Assembly (NCBI RefSeq): GCF_001545095.1 | Contig: NZ_CP013213.1 | Coordinates: forward strand, 990,001 to 1,022,000 | Direction of reading: 5' to 3' | Origin: Erysipelothrix larvae | GTDB lineage: Bacteria > Bacillota_I > Bacilli_A > Erysipelotrichales > Erysipelotrichaceae | Length of the DNA stretch: 32,000 nucleotides | Part shown: positions 1-8,297 of the stretch, piece by piece | How the letters are laid out: every line of letters begins with the position of its first letter | How positions within the stretch are numbered: the first letter of the stretch is position 1 | Program-made: the position numbers and the translations under genes | Notes under the pieces: model-generated | Seen by the model: the letters and a program-made list of their open reading frames with translations, nothing else | Told to the model about the DNA's origin: nothing | Databases searched by the model: none

Positions 1-1
1 G

Positions 2-298
2 AAAGTTGGAATGGAAGATGCAGCTTACAAACTGATTTCCACATTAAGCGGAGGTCAACTTCAACGTGTTCTTATTGCTCGTGAAATAGGAGCAAATCCA
101 GACTTACTAATTCTTGATGAACCGACGAATGGATTGGATGAAGCATCTGTAAAAGGATTGTTTGAGTTACTGCAAAAACTCAATCAAGAATTAGGTGTTT
201 CAATTCTTGTTGTGAATCATGATCTCGAAGAAATTAAACCTTATGTAAACAGGCTTATTCGCGTTGAAAACAAACACTGCCACGAGGTAACATTATGA
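2..298 (+). CDS. Metal (Zn/Mn-type) ABC transporter ATP-binding protein, C-terminal fragment (5' end lies upstream of the window)
   Basis: The frame is open to the window edge (K-V-G before the listed Met). ABC signature LSGGQLQR, Walker B LLILDEPTNGLD and an H-loop-like VNHD are present. The stop overlaps the start of an ABC-3 permease (ATGA at 295-298). Confidence 0.85.
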   Translation, partial: KVGMEDAAYKLISTLSGGQLQRVLIAREIGANPDLLILDEPTNGLDEASVKGLFELLQKLNQELGVSILVVNHDLEEIKPYVNRLIRVENKHCHEVTL

Positions 299-1122
299 GT
301 ATTTTCGGTTATGCATTTATGCGAGTAGCATTTATAGCAGGGACTATGGTTGCGATTACCGTTCCCTTAGTAGGGTCTACAATGGTATTTAAGCGTATGT
401 CCTTAATGGGAGAGGCGTTGTCTCATGTTTCCTTGGCAGGTGTTGCATTGGGGCTAATTTTTGGATATGATCCAATACTAGGTGCACTGGCAGCTTCAGT
501 TATTGCAGCGTTATCCATCGAAGTCATTCGCAATCGATTGAAAACATACAGCGAACTTTCTCTAGCGGTTATCATGTCCTTTGGTATTGGGTTAGCAGGG
601 GTATTAATGGGCTTTGTAAATAACCCAGCTAATTTTAATAACTTCTTATTTGGAAGTGTCCTTGCGATTAGTCAAAATGAATTGATGTTATCGATCGGAC
701 TGTGCTTATTAGTGCTCGTTTTATCTTTAGTATTCTACCGTCAATTCTTCTACATTTCTTTTGATGAAACATCAGCCAAAGTATCTAAAATAAATACAAA
801 CACATTTAACATGTTGTTTACATTTATGACAGCGATTGTTGTTTCCATTACATCACGAATAGTAGGTGCACTGATCGTTTCTTCACTTATGGTAATTCCA
901 GTGACAGCAGGAATGCAAATAAGCAAGGGATATCGCTCAACCTTATTATGGAGCATCTTATTTTCTATTTCATCAATCTGGATTGGCTTGTTTGTTGCGT
1001 TTTATGCACCATGGGGATTGAGACCGGGAGGGACGATTGTGTTGGTATCTGTATTCGAATTACTCGTCGTACTTATCGTAAAAGGAATTGCTTCAAAAAG
1101 AGGAATTCACCATACTGTGTAG
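295..1122 (+). CDS. Metal ABC transporter permease (ABC-3 / ZnuB-MntC-like family)
   Basis: 275-aa polytopic membrane protein. The motif FKRMSLMGEALSHVSLAGVALG is typical of ABC-3 metal permeases. It is translationally coupled to the upstream ATPase. Confidence 0.85.
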   Translation: MSIFGYAFMRVAFIAGTMVAITVPLVGSTMVFKRMSLMGEALSHVSLAGVALGLIFGYDPILGALAASVIAALSIEVIRNRLKTYSELSLAVIMSFGIGLAGVLMGFVNNPANFNNFLFGSVLAISQNELMLSIGLCLLVLVLSLVFYRQFFYISFDETSAKVSKINTNTFNMLFTFMTAIVVSITSRIVGALIVSSLMVIPVTAGMQISKGYRSTLLWSILFSISSIWIGLFVAFYAPWGLRPGGTIVLVSVFELLVVLIVKGIASKRGIHHTV

Positions 1123-1202
1123 CATCGAATCATCGGTGCATTGAATACAGTGTACGTTGATTTTTAAATGATATATTATCGCTTAAATTGATTAGATGAT
1201 TA

Positions 1203-1245
1203 AGACAAGAACTGAAGGAGCTAGACTCAAGGTTCTTGTTTTTTA
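1203..1245 (+). terminator. Rho-independent terminator of the metal ABC operon
   Basis: Perfect 8-bp stem ACAAGAAC (1205-1212) / GTTCTTGT (1232-1239) followed by a T-run (1240-1244), about 80 nt after the permease stop. Confidence 0.7.
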
Positions 1246-1474
1246 ATCTGTCTATATGAAGGTTATCAAAAAAATGCTTCAAATTCACGTTGAGTTAAAG
1301 TGGTATTCAAGAAATTGAGTAGGTATAAAAGGTTACCTTATCAACAATCATCGGATAATTGATGTTCATTAGTGGGGCTTATTATTGATTGGGTGAAGGA
1401 TTACACTATTCATGTTAACAGTTTTAAAGTAGCAATCTTCACGCGTGTGATGTAGTTTTAAGGAGGACGAACAT

Positions 1475-2332
1475 GTGGATAATTTTGAGCTTGCTTCCGC
1501 TTTCTTTGCAGGTGTGACAACGATTCTTGCGAAAATCGGAATTAAAGATACAAATGCAAACCTAGCAACTGCTTTACGCACAATTGTTGTTGCTATTTTT
1601 GCATGGCTCATGGTCTTTATTGTGGGTTCCCAACAGACGATTGGTTCAATTGCACCAAAGAGCATTTTATTTTTAGTGCTCTCAGGTCTGGCAACCGGAG
1701 GTTCTTGGTTGTGCTACTTCAAAGCGTTACAACTTGGAGATGTCAATAAAGTGGTACCAGTTGATAAGTCAAGTACAATACTGACGATGGCTTTAGCATT
1801 CCTTTTGTTAGGGGAATCCTTGTCTTGGATTAAGATTGTTGCGATGGTCTGTCTCGGCATTGGAACATATAAAATGATTGAAGTACAAAAAACAAACAAT
1901 GAAGTGAAAACAGGAAACACTTGGCTCATTTATGCCCTTTTATCCGCTTTATTAGCCAGTTTGACTGCGATTTTAGGGAAAATAGGGATTTCAGGTATTG
2001 AATCAAATTTAGGAACAGCAATCCGTACTCTGGTTGTTCTTGTCATGGCATGGGGAATTGTTTTTGTTCAAAATAAACACCATGAAATGAAGTCAATCGA
2101 TAAAAAGAGTTGGATATTCATCATTCTTTCCGGCTTTGCAACGGGGTTGTCATGGATGTGTTATTACAGAGCACTACAAGATGGTCCCGCAAGCATTGTT
2201 GTACCTATTGATAAGTTAAGTATTCTCGTGACAGTGTTCTTTGGTCATTTTGCGTTCAAAGAAACATTGGATAAAGCACAAAGGATTGGCTTGGTATTAA
2301 TTGTAGTCGGAACTTTAAGCTTGCTTATCTAG
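1475..2332 (+). CDS. EamA-family (DMT superfamily) transporter with two internally duplicated halves
   Basis: GTG start 8 nt after AGGAGG (1461-1466). The nearby ATG at 1473 is in a frame that stops quickly. It is a 285-aa roughly 10-TM protein. The halves are clearly homologous: FFAGVTTILAKIGIKDTNANLATALRTIVVAIFAW versus LLASLTAILGKIGISGIESNLGTAIRTLVVLVMAW. Confidence 0.8.
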   Translation: MDNFELASAFFAGVTTILAKIGIKDTNANLATALRTIVVAIFAWLMVFIVGSQQTIGSIAPKSILFLVLSGLATGGSWLCYFKALQLGDVNKVVPVDKSSTILTMALAFLLLGESLSWIKIVAMVCLGIGTYKMIEVQKTNNEVKTGNTWLIYALLSALLASLTAILGKIGISGIESNLGTAIRTLVVLVMAWGIVFVQNKHHEMKSIDKKSWIFIILSGFATGLSWMCYYRALQDGPASIVVPIDKLSILVTVFFGHFAFKETLDKAQRIGLVLIVVGTLSLLI

Positions 2333-2535
2333 GTGAGTATTTAAAAAAATACATTGTCTTAAATTTTACCAAAGTAGGTTAAAAAAGTGTTCGTAAATCT
2401 AAGTCATTTATCATAAGAATGTTGATTTTAAATTGAGGAAAAAAACAGCATCTTTGAAAATGTTGTTTGTCTTAAGGAAACCTTTAGCACGATTGGTTTA
2501 TATTTGTAATAGCATAACTATAAATCGAGTAATGT

Positions 2536-2564
2536 TTGCAAAAGTACGCGCTTTTATGTATAAT
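2536..2564 (+). promoter_or_regulatory. Sigma-A type promoter of the pheST leader
   Basis: TTGCAA (2536-2541), 17-nt spacer, TATAAT (2559-2564), with TG immediately upstream of the -10. It sits just 5' of the T-box leader. Confidence 0.6.
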
Positions 2565-2574
2565 TAGGGGCGTA

Positions 2575-2783
2575 CAAATCGTTGATAAGAACAAGTAATT
2601 GGTCCCTAATTATTAAAGAGAATGGGAGTTTGGTGAGATCCCTGTAAGCTAGGTCCGATGAATTCATCTTAGAGAGAAGCTAATCCCTTCCGTATACCTG
2701 CGTTAAAGGTTTAAAGTTGTGTATAGTTTATACAAATCAGGATGGTACCGCGCATGACGTTCCTGGACTGCGTGGTTTTTTTA
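2575..2783 (+). promoter_or_regulatory. T-box riboswitch leader, Phe-specific (UUC specifier), transcription-attenuation type
   Basis: AGAGA box (2617-2621) and a GGTGAGA distal-loop motif (2632-2638) are present. The specifier TTC (2663-2665) is followed by the conserved purine A. The T-box sequence AAATCAGGATGGTACCGCG (2734-2752) has UGGU matching an A73 discriminator. The terminator stem CCGCGCA (2748-2754) / TGCGTGG (2769-2775) is followed by T7 (2776-2782). It lies directly upstream of pheS. Confidence 0.85.
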
Positions 2784-2801
2784 TTTTCATAAGGAGGAAA
2801 T

Positions 2802-3833
2802 ATGGAACTTAAAGAGATTTTAAGTGTTGGCCTTGAAGCAATAAAAAATGCTCAAGATCTTGATGCTTTAAATGAGGTTAGAATCAAATTCCTTAGTAAA
2901 AAAGGACTTGTTTCGAGTGCAATGAAATCAATGAAAGACTTATCAGCAGAAGAACGACCTGCATTTGGGCAACTCGTAAATCAACTGAAGCAAGAACTGG
3001 AGCATGCACTCAGTGAAACACAAGCTCAGCTTGAATCTATCAAATTGAACCAAGATATGATTGCAGAATCAATAGATATTACTATGCCAGGTCATAACTG
3101 GGCAATTGGAAATCAAAACCCTCTTGTAGGGATTCAAAGACAAGTTGAAGATATCTTTAGAGAAATGGGTTACTCAGTAGTTGAAGGGGATGAGGTTGAA
3201 CTTGACTTGTATAACTTTGAACGCGCAAACATTCCTCAAGATCACCCAGCTCGTGAAATGCAAGATACATTTTACATTGATCCAAACACGTTGTTAAGAT
3301 CACATACAACCGCAGTACAAACACGCGCTTTGGAAGAGTATGCACCAAATATACCTGTTAAAGTAATTTGCCCAGGTAAGGTGTACCGTCGTGATGAAGA
3401 TGATGCAACACACTCCCACCAATTTGTTCAATGTGAAGGGCTTGTCGTAGGGCATGGTGTTACACTTGCTGATTTAAAAGGAACATTATCACTACTTGCA
3501 AAACGAATCTTTGGAGAAACACGTACGATTCGGTTTAGACCATCATATTTCCAATTTACTGAACCAAGTGTCGAAGTGGATGTATCGTGTCCATTTTGCG
3601 ACTCTAAAGGGTGTTCAATCTGTAAACAAACAGGATATATCGAAATACTTGGAGCAGGTATGGTTCACCCAGCAGTCTTTAAAGCAGCTGGTTATGACGA
3701 TGAATCACTCTCTGGATTTGCATTTGGAATTGGTGTAGAACGTATAGCTATGTTGAAATATGGTATCACAGATATTCGTTCGTTCTATACCAATGATAAA
3801 CGATTCATTGATCAATTTAAGCGATTTGAGTAG
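2802..3833 (+). CDS. pheS: Phenylalanine--tRNA ligase alpha subunit
   Basis: AAGGAGG RBS (2791-2797). Class II aaRS motifs are present: FRPSYFQFTEPSVEVDV, GAGMVHP, GFAFGIGVERIAMLKYGI. A T-box with a Phe codon lies upstream and pheT lies downstream. Confidence 0.97.
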   Translation: MELKEILSVGLEAIKNAQDLDALNEVRIKFLSKKGLVSSAMKSMKDLSAEERPAFGQLVNQLKQELEHALSETQAQLESIKLNQDMIAESIDITMPGHNWAIGNQNPLVGIQRQVEDIFREMGYSVVEGDEVELDLYNFERANIPQDHPAREMQDTFYIDPNTLLRSHTTAVQTRALEEYAPNIPVKVICPGKVYRRDEDDATHSHQFVQCEGLVVGHGVTLADLKGTLSLLAKRIFGETRTIRFRPSYFQFTEPSVEVDVSCPFCDSKGCSICKQTGYIEILGAGMVHPAVFKAAGYDDESLSGFAFGIGVERIAMLKYGITDIRSFYTNDKRFIDQFKRFE

Positions 3834-3842
3834 GAGGAAACC

Positions 3843-6215
3843 ATGTTAATTAGTCGAAAATTATTAGATCGTTATGTAGATTTAGAAGGCATTCCTACAC
3901 TTGAAATTGCGGATGCATTAACAAATGCAGGGCTTGAAGTTGAAGGAATCTCACAATTGGTAAAAGGAACAAACCTCACAGTAGGGTATGTAGAGACGTG
4001 TGTAGATCATCCAGATAGTGACCATTTACACGTATGCACTGTAAATGTTGGTAAGGAGGTTCTTCAAATTGTTTGTGGAGCACCTAATGTAGCTCAAGGA
4101 CAAACAGTTATTGTTGCGCTTCCAGGAGCAGTTTTACCAGGGATCACAATCAAGAAATCATCAGTTCGTGGTGTTGAATCAAATGGAATGATTTGTTCAC
4201 TTCAAGAATTGGGTGTTCATGAAAAATTTGTTGAAGAACGATTCAAAGATGGAATTGTGGCACTTGATAAGGGTGAACCTGGGAGTGATCCACGGGTTGC
4301 TTTGGGTTTAGATGATGAAATCATTGATGTAAGCCAAACACCAAATCGCTCAGATTTCTTGTCGTTATTCGCAGTTGCTCATGAAGTATCCGCGCTTATG
4401 AATCGTAAACTTACTTTACCAAACTACGAAAACGCAGCTTCTGTGGGTTCAAAAACAGAACTAACAATCCACTCAGACACTCCAGATTGCAATCTATTTA
4501 TTGGTAAAGTAATTAATAAAGTCACCATCAAAGATTCACCAGATTGGATCAAACATGCATTAATAGGCAGTGGTGTAAAACCAATTAACAACGTTGTTGA
4601 TATTTCAAATTTGGTCATGTTAGAAACAGGACAACCACTACACTTTTATGATCGTTCATTTTTGAATCCATTATCACTCAGTGTATCCAGTTCAATTAGT
4701 AAGACTGTCACTGCACTTGATGATAAAGAGTATGCACTTGAATTAGGTGACCTTGTCATCATGAATGGTGAGACACCAGTTGGAATCGCAGGTATCATGG
4801 GGTTGGGAAATTCTATGATTCAACATGATACACAAGGAATCGTAATTGAAGCAGCACGCTTTAATCGTGTCAAAGTTCGTAAAACTGCAAATCGCTTTAC
4901 ATTGAATACAGAATCTTCATCACGATTCTCAAAACCGATGGATGATCTAAGTGCTCAAAAAGCTGTTGATCGCTCAGTGCAACTGCTCATTGACTATGCG
5001 GACGCTGAATTAATCGAAGAAACAGTGGTATTTGGTAATACAGAGTACACGCCAATCAAAGTATCGGTTTCATATAATAAGATTAATGCATACCTAGGTA
5101 CCAATCTCTCAATGGATGTTGTATTTAATGTGTTTGAACGCCTCTATTTCGAACCCGTAGTAGACGAAGATACAATTACATGTACCATTCCTTCATATCG
5201 CCAAGATATATTCGCAGATGTGGATTTAATTGAAGAAGTCATCCGTGTTGTCGGATATGACGTACTTGGTGAAACACTTCCACTCCTTGATTTAACAATG
5301 GGATCTTTAACACCACGTCAAACAACAATTCGCTCAATTGAGAAGATTTTACTTGGTCTTGGTGCAGATCAAATCAATACGTATACCTTGGTTGAAGAAG
5401 CATGGACTCAAGGTGGCGAGTCGCTTGAAAATCCAATTCCATTGATGAGTCCAATCAGCGACAAACGCACACATTTAAGAACACAATTAGCACCTTCAGT
5501 GCTTGATACGATTGCTTATAATGTATCACGTCGCCAGGATAATCTCTTGTTCTTTGAACACTCAAAAATATATGGAAATAGTACATCGTATGAAAAACTT
5601 GCCATCGTTGGAACAGGAACATTGAATAAGGTGAATTGGCTCAAAGAAACAGTAACATTAGATTTCTTTGCGCTTAAGGGATTATTCTTATCACTTGTTG
5701 AACAACTTGGATTCCAACCTCGTCGTTTTACTTTTGAGACAAAGGACTTTGATGAGACCTTGTTCCATCCATACCAAAGTGCTTCAATTTATTTTGACCG
5801 TAAACGCATTGGTGTTCTTGGAACCATTCATCCATTAAAAGAAAAAGAGTTGGGCATTAAAAAAACGACCTTATTAGAGATATATCTTGATCTACTGTTT
5901 GCTTCAAAGAAAACAGCAATTAAAGCATCTGATGTTCGCGTGCATCCAACTGTTACACGTGACTTAGCACTTTTATGTGATAAAGAAGTCACAGCACAAG
6001 CGCTTATTCAAACAATTGAAAAAGCATCACGTCGACTCTTGCTTGATGTGAATGTATTTGACTTGTTTACATCAGAGAAACTGGGTGATCAGAAATCGCT
6101 AGCTATAGAGCTAGTACTCGGTTCAGATCACACTTTAAGTGAGACAGAGATCCAAACTGTTATGAAAGACATTCAAGACAAACTGGTATCAAACCATAAC
6201 GTCAGCATTCGATAG
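3843..6215 (+). CDS. pheT: Phenylalanine--tRNA ligase beta subunit
   Basis: 790 aa. It has an N-terminal tRNA-binding (EMAP/OB) domain, HPDSDHLHVCTVNVGKEVLQIVCGAPNV, plus B3/4 and B5 regions and a C-terminal anticodon-binding-like domain. GGAGGA RBS. It immediately follows pheS. Confidence 0.97.
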   Translation: MLISRKLLDRYVDLEGIPTLEIADALTNAGLEVEGISQLVKGTNLTVGYVETCVDHPDSDHLHVCTVNVGKEVLQIVCGAPNVAQGQTVIVALPGAVLPGITIKKSSVRGVESNGMICSLQELGVHEKFVEERFKDGIVALDKGEPGSDPRVALGLDDEIIDVSQTPNRSDFLSLFAVAHEVSALMNRKLTLPNYENAASVGSKTELTIHSDTPDCNLFIGKVINKVTIKDSPDWIKHALIGSGVKPINNVVDISNLVMLETGQPLHFYDRSFLNPLSLSVSSSISKTVTALDDKEYALELGDLVIMNGETPVGIAGIMGLGNSMIQHDTQGIVIEAARFNRVKVRKTANRFTLNTESSSRFSKPMDDLSAQKAVDRSVQLLIDYADAELIEETVVFGNTEYTPIKVSVSYNKINAYLGTNLSMDVVFNVFERLYFEPVVDEDTITCTIPSYRQDIFADVDLIEEVIRVVGYDVLGETLPLLDLTMGSLTPRQTTIRSIEKILLGLGADQINTYTLVEEAWTQGGESLENPIPLMSPISDKRTHLRTQLAPSVLDTIAYNVSRRQDNLLFFEHSKIYGNSTSYEKLAIVGTGTLNKVNWLKETVTLDFFALKGLFLSLVEQLGFQPRRFTFETKDFDETLFHPYQSASIYFDRKRIGVLGTIHPLKEKELGIKKTTLLEIYLDLLFASKKTAIKASDVRVHPTVTRDLALLCDKEVTAQALIQTIEKASRRLLLDVNVFDLFTSEKLGDQKSLAIELVLGSDHTLSETEIQTVMKDIQDKLVSNHNVSIR

Positions 6216-6224
6216 GAGGAACAC

Positions 6225-6950
6225 ATGGGAAGAGCATTTGAAGTAAGAAAAGCCTCAATGGCAAAAACATCAGCAGCAAAAGCAAAAGTTTATTCAAAAT
6301 TTGGTAAAGAAATATATATGGAAGCCAAAAATGGTGTTCCTGATCCTGAAATGAACTTAAGCCTAAAACGCATTATTGATCGTGCACGTCAACAACAAGT
6401 CCCCGCAGATGTTATTAATCGTGCGATTGACAAAGCCAAAGGGAATGATGAGGCAGATTATCATTCAGTACGTTATGAAGGATTTGGTCCAAATGGGTCA
6501 ACGTTCATTGTGGAATGTTTAACAGACAATGATAATCGTTCTGTAAGTGAAGTGCGAAATGCATTTACTAAATCCAAAGGTAAAATGGGTGTGAGTGGTT
6601 CTGTAATTCATGGATACGATCATGTTGGACTTATTGGTATTAGTGAAACAGATGAAGAAAAAGTGTTAGATATTCTTTTTGAAGCAGAAGTTGATTTAAA
6701 AGATTTAGAAGTTGAAGATGGAAGCATGTCAATTATTGTTGAACCAACTGATCTGTACAAAACAAAAGACGCACTTGAAGCAGCATTAAGCATTGAATGT
6801 GAAGTTGTGGAAATTACGTACCTTCCACACGAAGAAGTAAGTTTAGATTCAGATGATGATAAGATGCTCTTTGAACGCTTAACAAATATGCTTGATGAGT
6901 GTGAGGATGTCCAAGATGTTTATCACAATGTAAAAACTAGCGATGCATAA
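6225..6950 (+). CDS. YebC/PmpR-family protein (YeeN-like subgroup)
   Basis: 241 aa. The N-terminus MGRAFEVRKASMAKTSAAKAKVYSKFGKEI and the motif RAIDKAKG are characteristic of the family. RBS AGGAGGA at 6214-6220. Confidence 0.9.
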   Translation: MGRAFEVRKASMAKTSAAKAKVYSKFGKEIYMEAKNGVPDPEMNLSLKRIIDRARQQQVPADVINRAIDKAKGNDEADYHSVRYEGFGPNGSTFIVECLTDNDNRSVSEVRNAFTKSKGKMGVSGSVIHGYDHVGLIGISETDEEKVLDILFEAEVDLKDLEVEDGSMSIIVEPTDLYKTKDALEAALSIECEVVEITYLPHEEVSLDSDDDKMLFERLTNMLDECEDVQDVYHNVKTSDA

Positions 6951-6981
6951 TTTACATTTTTATAAAATACGTTGATATAAT
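6951..6981 (+). promoter_or_regulatory. Candidate sigma-A promoter (extended -10) for the small repeat-protein gene
   Basis: TTTACA/TTACAT (6951-6957), 18-19 nt spacer, TGaTATAAT (6973-6981). The TTG start used in the ORF track (6981) lies inside this -10 element. Confidence 0.5.
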
Positions 6982-7007
6982 TGTCTTATCACAAAGGAGG
7001 CAAATTT

Positions 7008-7268
7008 ATGTCGAACATCTTTGATAAAGTTAAGGAATCACTCTTTGGTTCTGGTGAAAAGGCTAAAGATGTGGTTGAAGACGGATTTGACAAAGCTAAA
7101 GATACAGTTGAAGATTTAGGGGATAAAGCAAAAGATGTTGCATCTGATTTAAAAGATAAAGCAGAAGACGTCGTTGATGACCTTAAAGACAAAGCTGAAG
7201 GCCTAAAAGATAAGGCTGAAGATTTCGCAGAAGATGTAAAAGATAAAGTAGAAGATCGGTTAAAATAA
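7008..7268 (+). CDS. Small hydrophilic protein (86 aa) built of about six 11-residue DKA(K/E)DxVxDLK repeats; LEA-like or amphipathic-repeat stress-protein-like, function unknown
   Basis: ATG at 7008 lies 7 nt after AAAGGAGG (6993-7000). The listed 6981 TTG start has no RBS. The protein has no Cys, Trp, His or Tyr and is extremely rich in K, D and E. The 33-nt periodicity is visible in the DNA. The gene has its own promoter and terminator. Confidence 0.7.
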   Translation: MSNIFDKVKESLFGSGEKAKDVVEDGFDKAKDTVEDLGDKAKDVASDLKDKAEDVVDDLKDKAEGLKDKAEDFAEDVKDKVEDRLK

Positions 7269-7290
7269 CAGATTTTTACCTGAGTCTATG

Positions 7291-7319
7291 AAAGTGGTTC
7301 TTAAAAGAACCACTTTTTT
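7291..7319 (+). terminator. Rho-independent terminator
   Basis: Stem GTGGTTC (7294-7300) / GAACCAC (7307-7313), extendable by AAA/TTT, with a 6-nt loop and a T6 run (7314-7319). Confidence 0.75.
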
Positions 7320-7460
7320 ATTTATATATCCTATCAATAATATCAATACAAATATGCATGGAACGTGACGAAAAGAGACATTTTAAAGGTCCATTCTTAA
7401 TCACAAACAAAATTCTATATTTAATTAAAGATTCTTAAAAAAACAGTATTAAATGCCACG

Positions 7461-7490
7461 TTGACTAACTTAATTAGAGTTTGCTATATT
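7461..7490 (+). promoter_or_regulatory. Sigma-A promoter of the nucleoside operon
   Basis: TTGACT (7461-7466), 18-nt spacer, TATATT (7485-7490), with the extended -10 TG at 7482-7483. Confidence 0.6.
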
Positions 7491-7495
7491 AGCAA

Positions 7496-7509
7496 TGTAA
7501 GCGCTTAGT
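7496..7509 (+). promoter_or_regulatory. cre-like or LacI-family half-conserved operator at the predicted transcription start
   Basis: TGTAAGCGCTTAGT contains the perfect 10-bp palindrome TAAGCGCTTA with a central CG. It matches the cre pattern TGNAANCGNWNNCW except at the distal C. It lies 6 nt downstream of the -10. Confidence 0.3.
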
Positions 7510-7535
7510 ATTAGATTTCTATTTTTTTTGATGCG

Positions 7536-7555
7536 TTACTTAAACGTTTAAGTAA
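7536..7555 (+). promoter_or_regulatory. Perfect 20-bp palindromic operator, probable binding site of the operon-encoded LacI-family repressor
   Basis: TTACTTAAACGTTTAAGTAA is its own reverse complement and is centred on CG, as LacI-family operators are. It lies between the promoter and the deoD RBS. It is the only AAACGTTT in the window. Confidence 0.55.
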
Positions 7556-7574
7556 TTTTATGGAGGAGGAAACA

Positions 7575-8297
7575 ATGAAAATTCCAACACCGCATATCGG
7601 TGCAAAAAGTGTTGATGAAGTTGCTAAAACTGTACTCATGCCCGGTGATCCTTTACGTGCAAAGTATATTGCAGAAACCTACTTAACTGATGTTACTTGT
7701 TTTAATGAAGTAAGAGGCATGTTAGGCTATACCGGTTATTATAATGGTAAACGGGTTTCAGTTATGGGATCGGGTATGGGAATTCCATCAGCAAATATTT
7801 ATTATTACGAACTTTTCAGTTTTTATGACGTTGAATCAATTATTCGTATTGGTACTGCGGGAGGCATGCAAGATTATATCGGACTTCGTGACGTTGTGAT
7901 TGCTACTGCGGCAAATACGAGCAGTAGTATTGTCAAAGGAAAATTCGAAGAAATTAATTTTGCTCCAACACCTGACTTTGGATTACTCATAAAAGCAGTT
8001 GAAATTGCAAAAGATATGGGAGTGTCATATCATGTTGGCACTGTTTTATCAGGTGATGAATTTTATGGGGAACTGAAGAAGGAAACCAGAGATAAGTTAA
8101 TACAATACGGTACATTGGCAGGGGAAATGGAATCTGCAGGGTTATATATGACAGCAAGAAGACTCAATAAAAAAGCACTTGCGCTGTTCACGATTAGTGA
8201 TAATGCTGATTCTGCTGAATCTTCTAAAGACCGAGAAACATCGTATACGCAAATGATGGAGATTGCACTAAAGGTCGCAACTCAAGAGGAGAAATAA
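7575..8297 (+). CDS. deoD: Purine nucleoside phosphorylase, DeoD type (hexameric PNP-I)
   Basis: ATG at 7575 lies 8 nt after GGAGG (7562-7566). The listed ATG at 7560 has no RBS. Motifs: PHIGA, LMPGDPLRAKYIAETYL, GSGMGIPS, IRIGTAGG, GEMESAGLY, TISD. Confidence 0.92.
   Translation: MKIPTPHIGAKSVDEVAKTVLMPGDPLRAKYIAETYLTDVTCFNEVRGMLGYTGYYNGKRVSVMGSGMGIPSANIYYYELFSFYDVESIIRIGTAGGMQDYIGLRDVVIATAANTSSSIVKGKFEEINFAPTPDFGLLIKAVEIAKDMGVSYHVGTVLSGDEFYGELKKETRDKLIQYGTLAGEMESAGLYMTARRLNKKALALFTISDNADSAESSKDRETSYTQMMEIALKVATQEEK

Noticed and set aside
1256-1318. 20-codon ORF (MKVIKKMLQIHVELKWYSRN) in the intergenic region
   Set aside because: It has no Shine-Dalgarno and no associated structure or conservation signal, so it is likely random.
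1246-1474. Possible riboswitch or regulatory RNA in the roughly 230-nt leader of the EamA transporter, including the GC-rich 8-bp palindrome CACGCGTG at 1440-1447
   Set aside because: I could not recognise any known riboswitch core, a convincing terminator/antiterminator pair or a clear promoter. The palindrome is short and could be chance. It is worth a covariance-model scan but cannot be supported from reading alone.
2333-2535. About 200 nt of unexplained spacer between the EamA gene and the pheS promoter, with weak AT-rich hairpins (2337-2352 and 2443-2468)
   Set aside because: The hairpins are AT-rich with poor U-tracts. At best they are weak terminators for the EamA gene. No ORF with an RBS exists on either strand, and there is no tRNA-like or sRNA-like structure.
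7358-7438. 26-codon ORF (MERDEKRHFKGPFLITNKILYLIKDS) upstream of the nucleoside operon promoter, and the nearby ATCAATA direct repeat (7334-7348)
   Set aside because: It has no RBS and lies upstream of the predicted promoter. The repeat is short and AT-rich.
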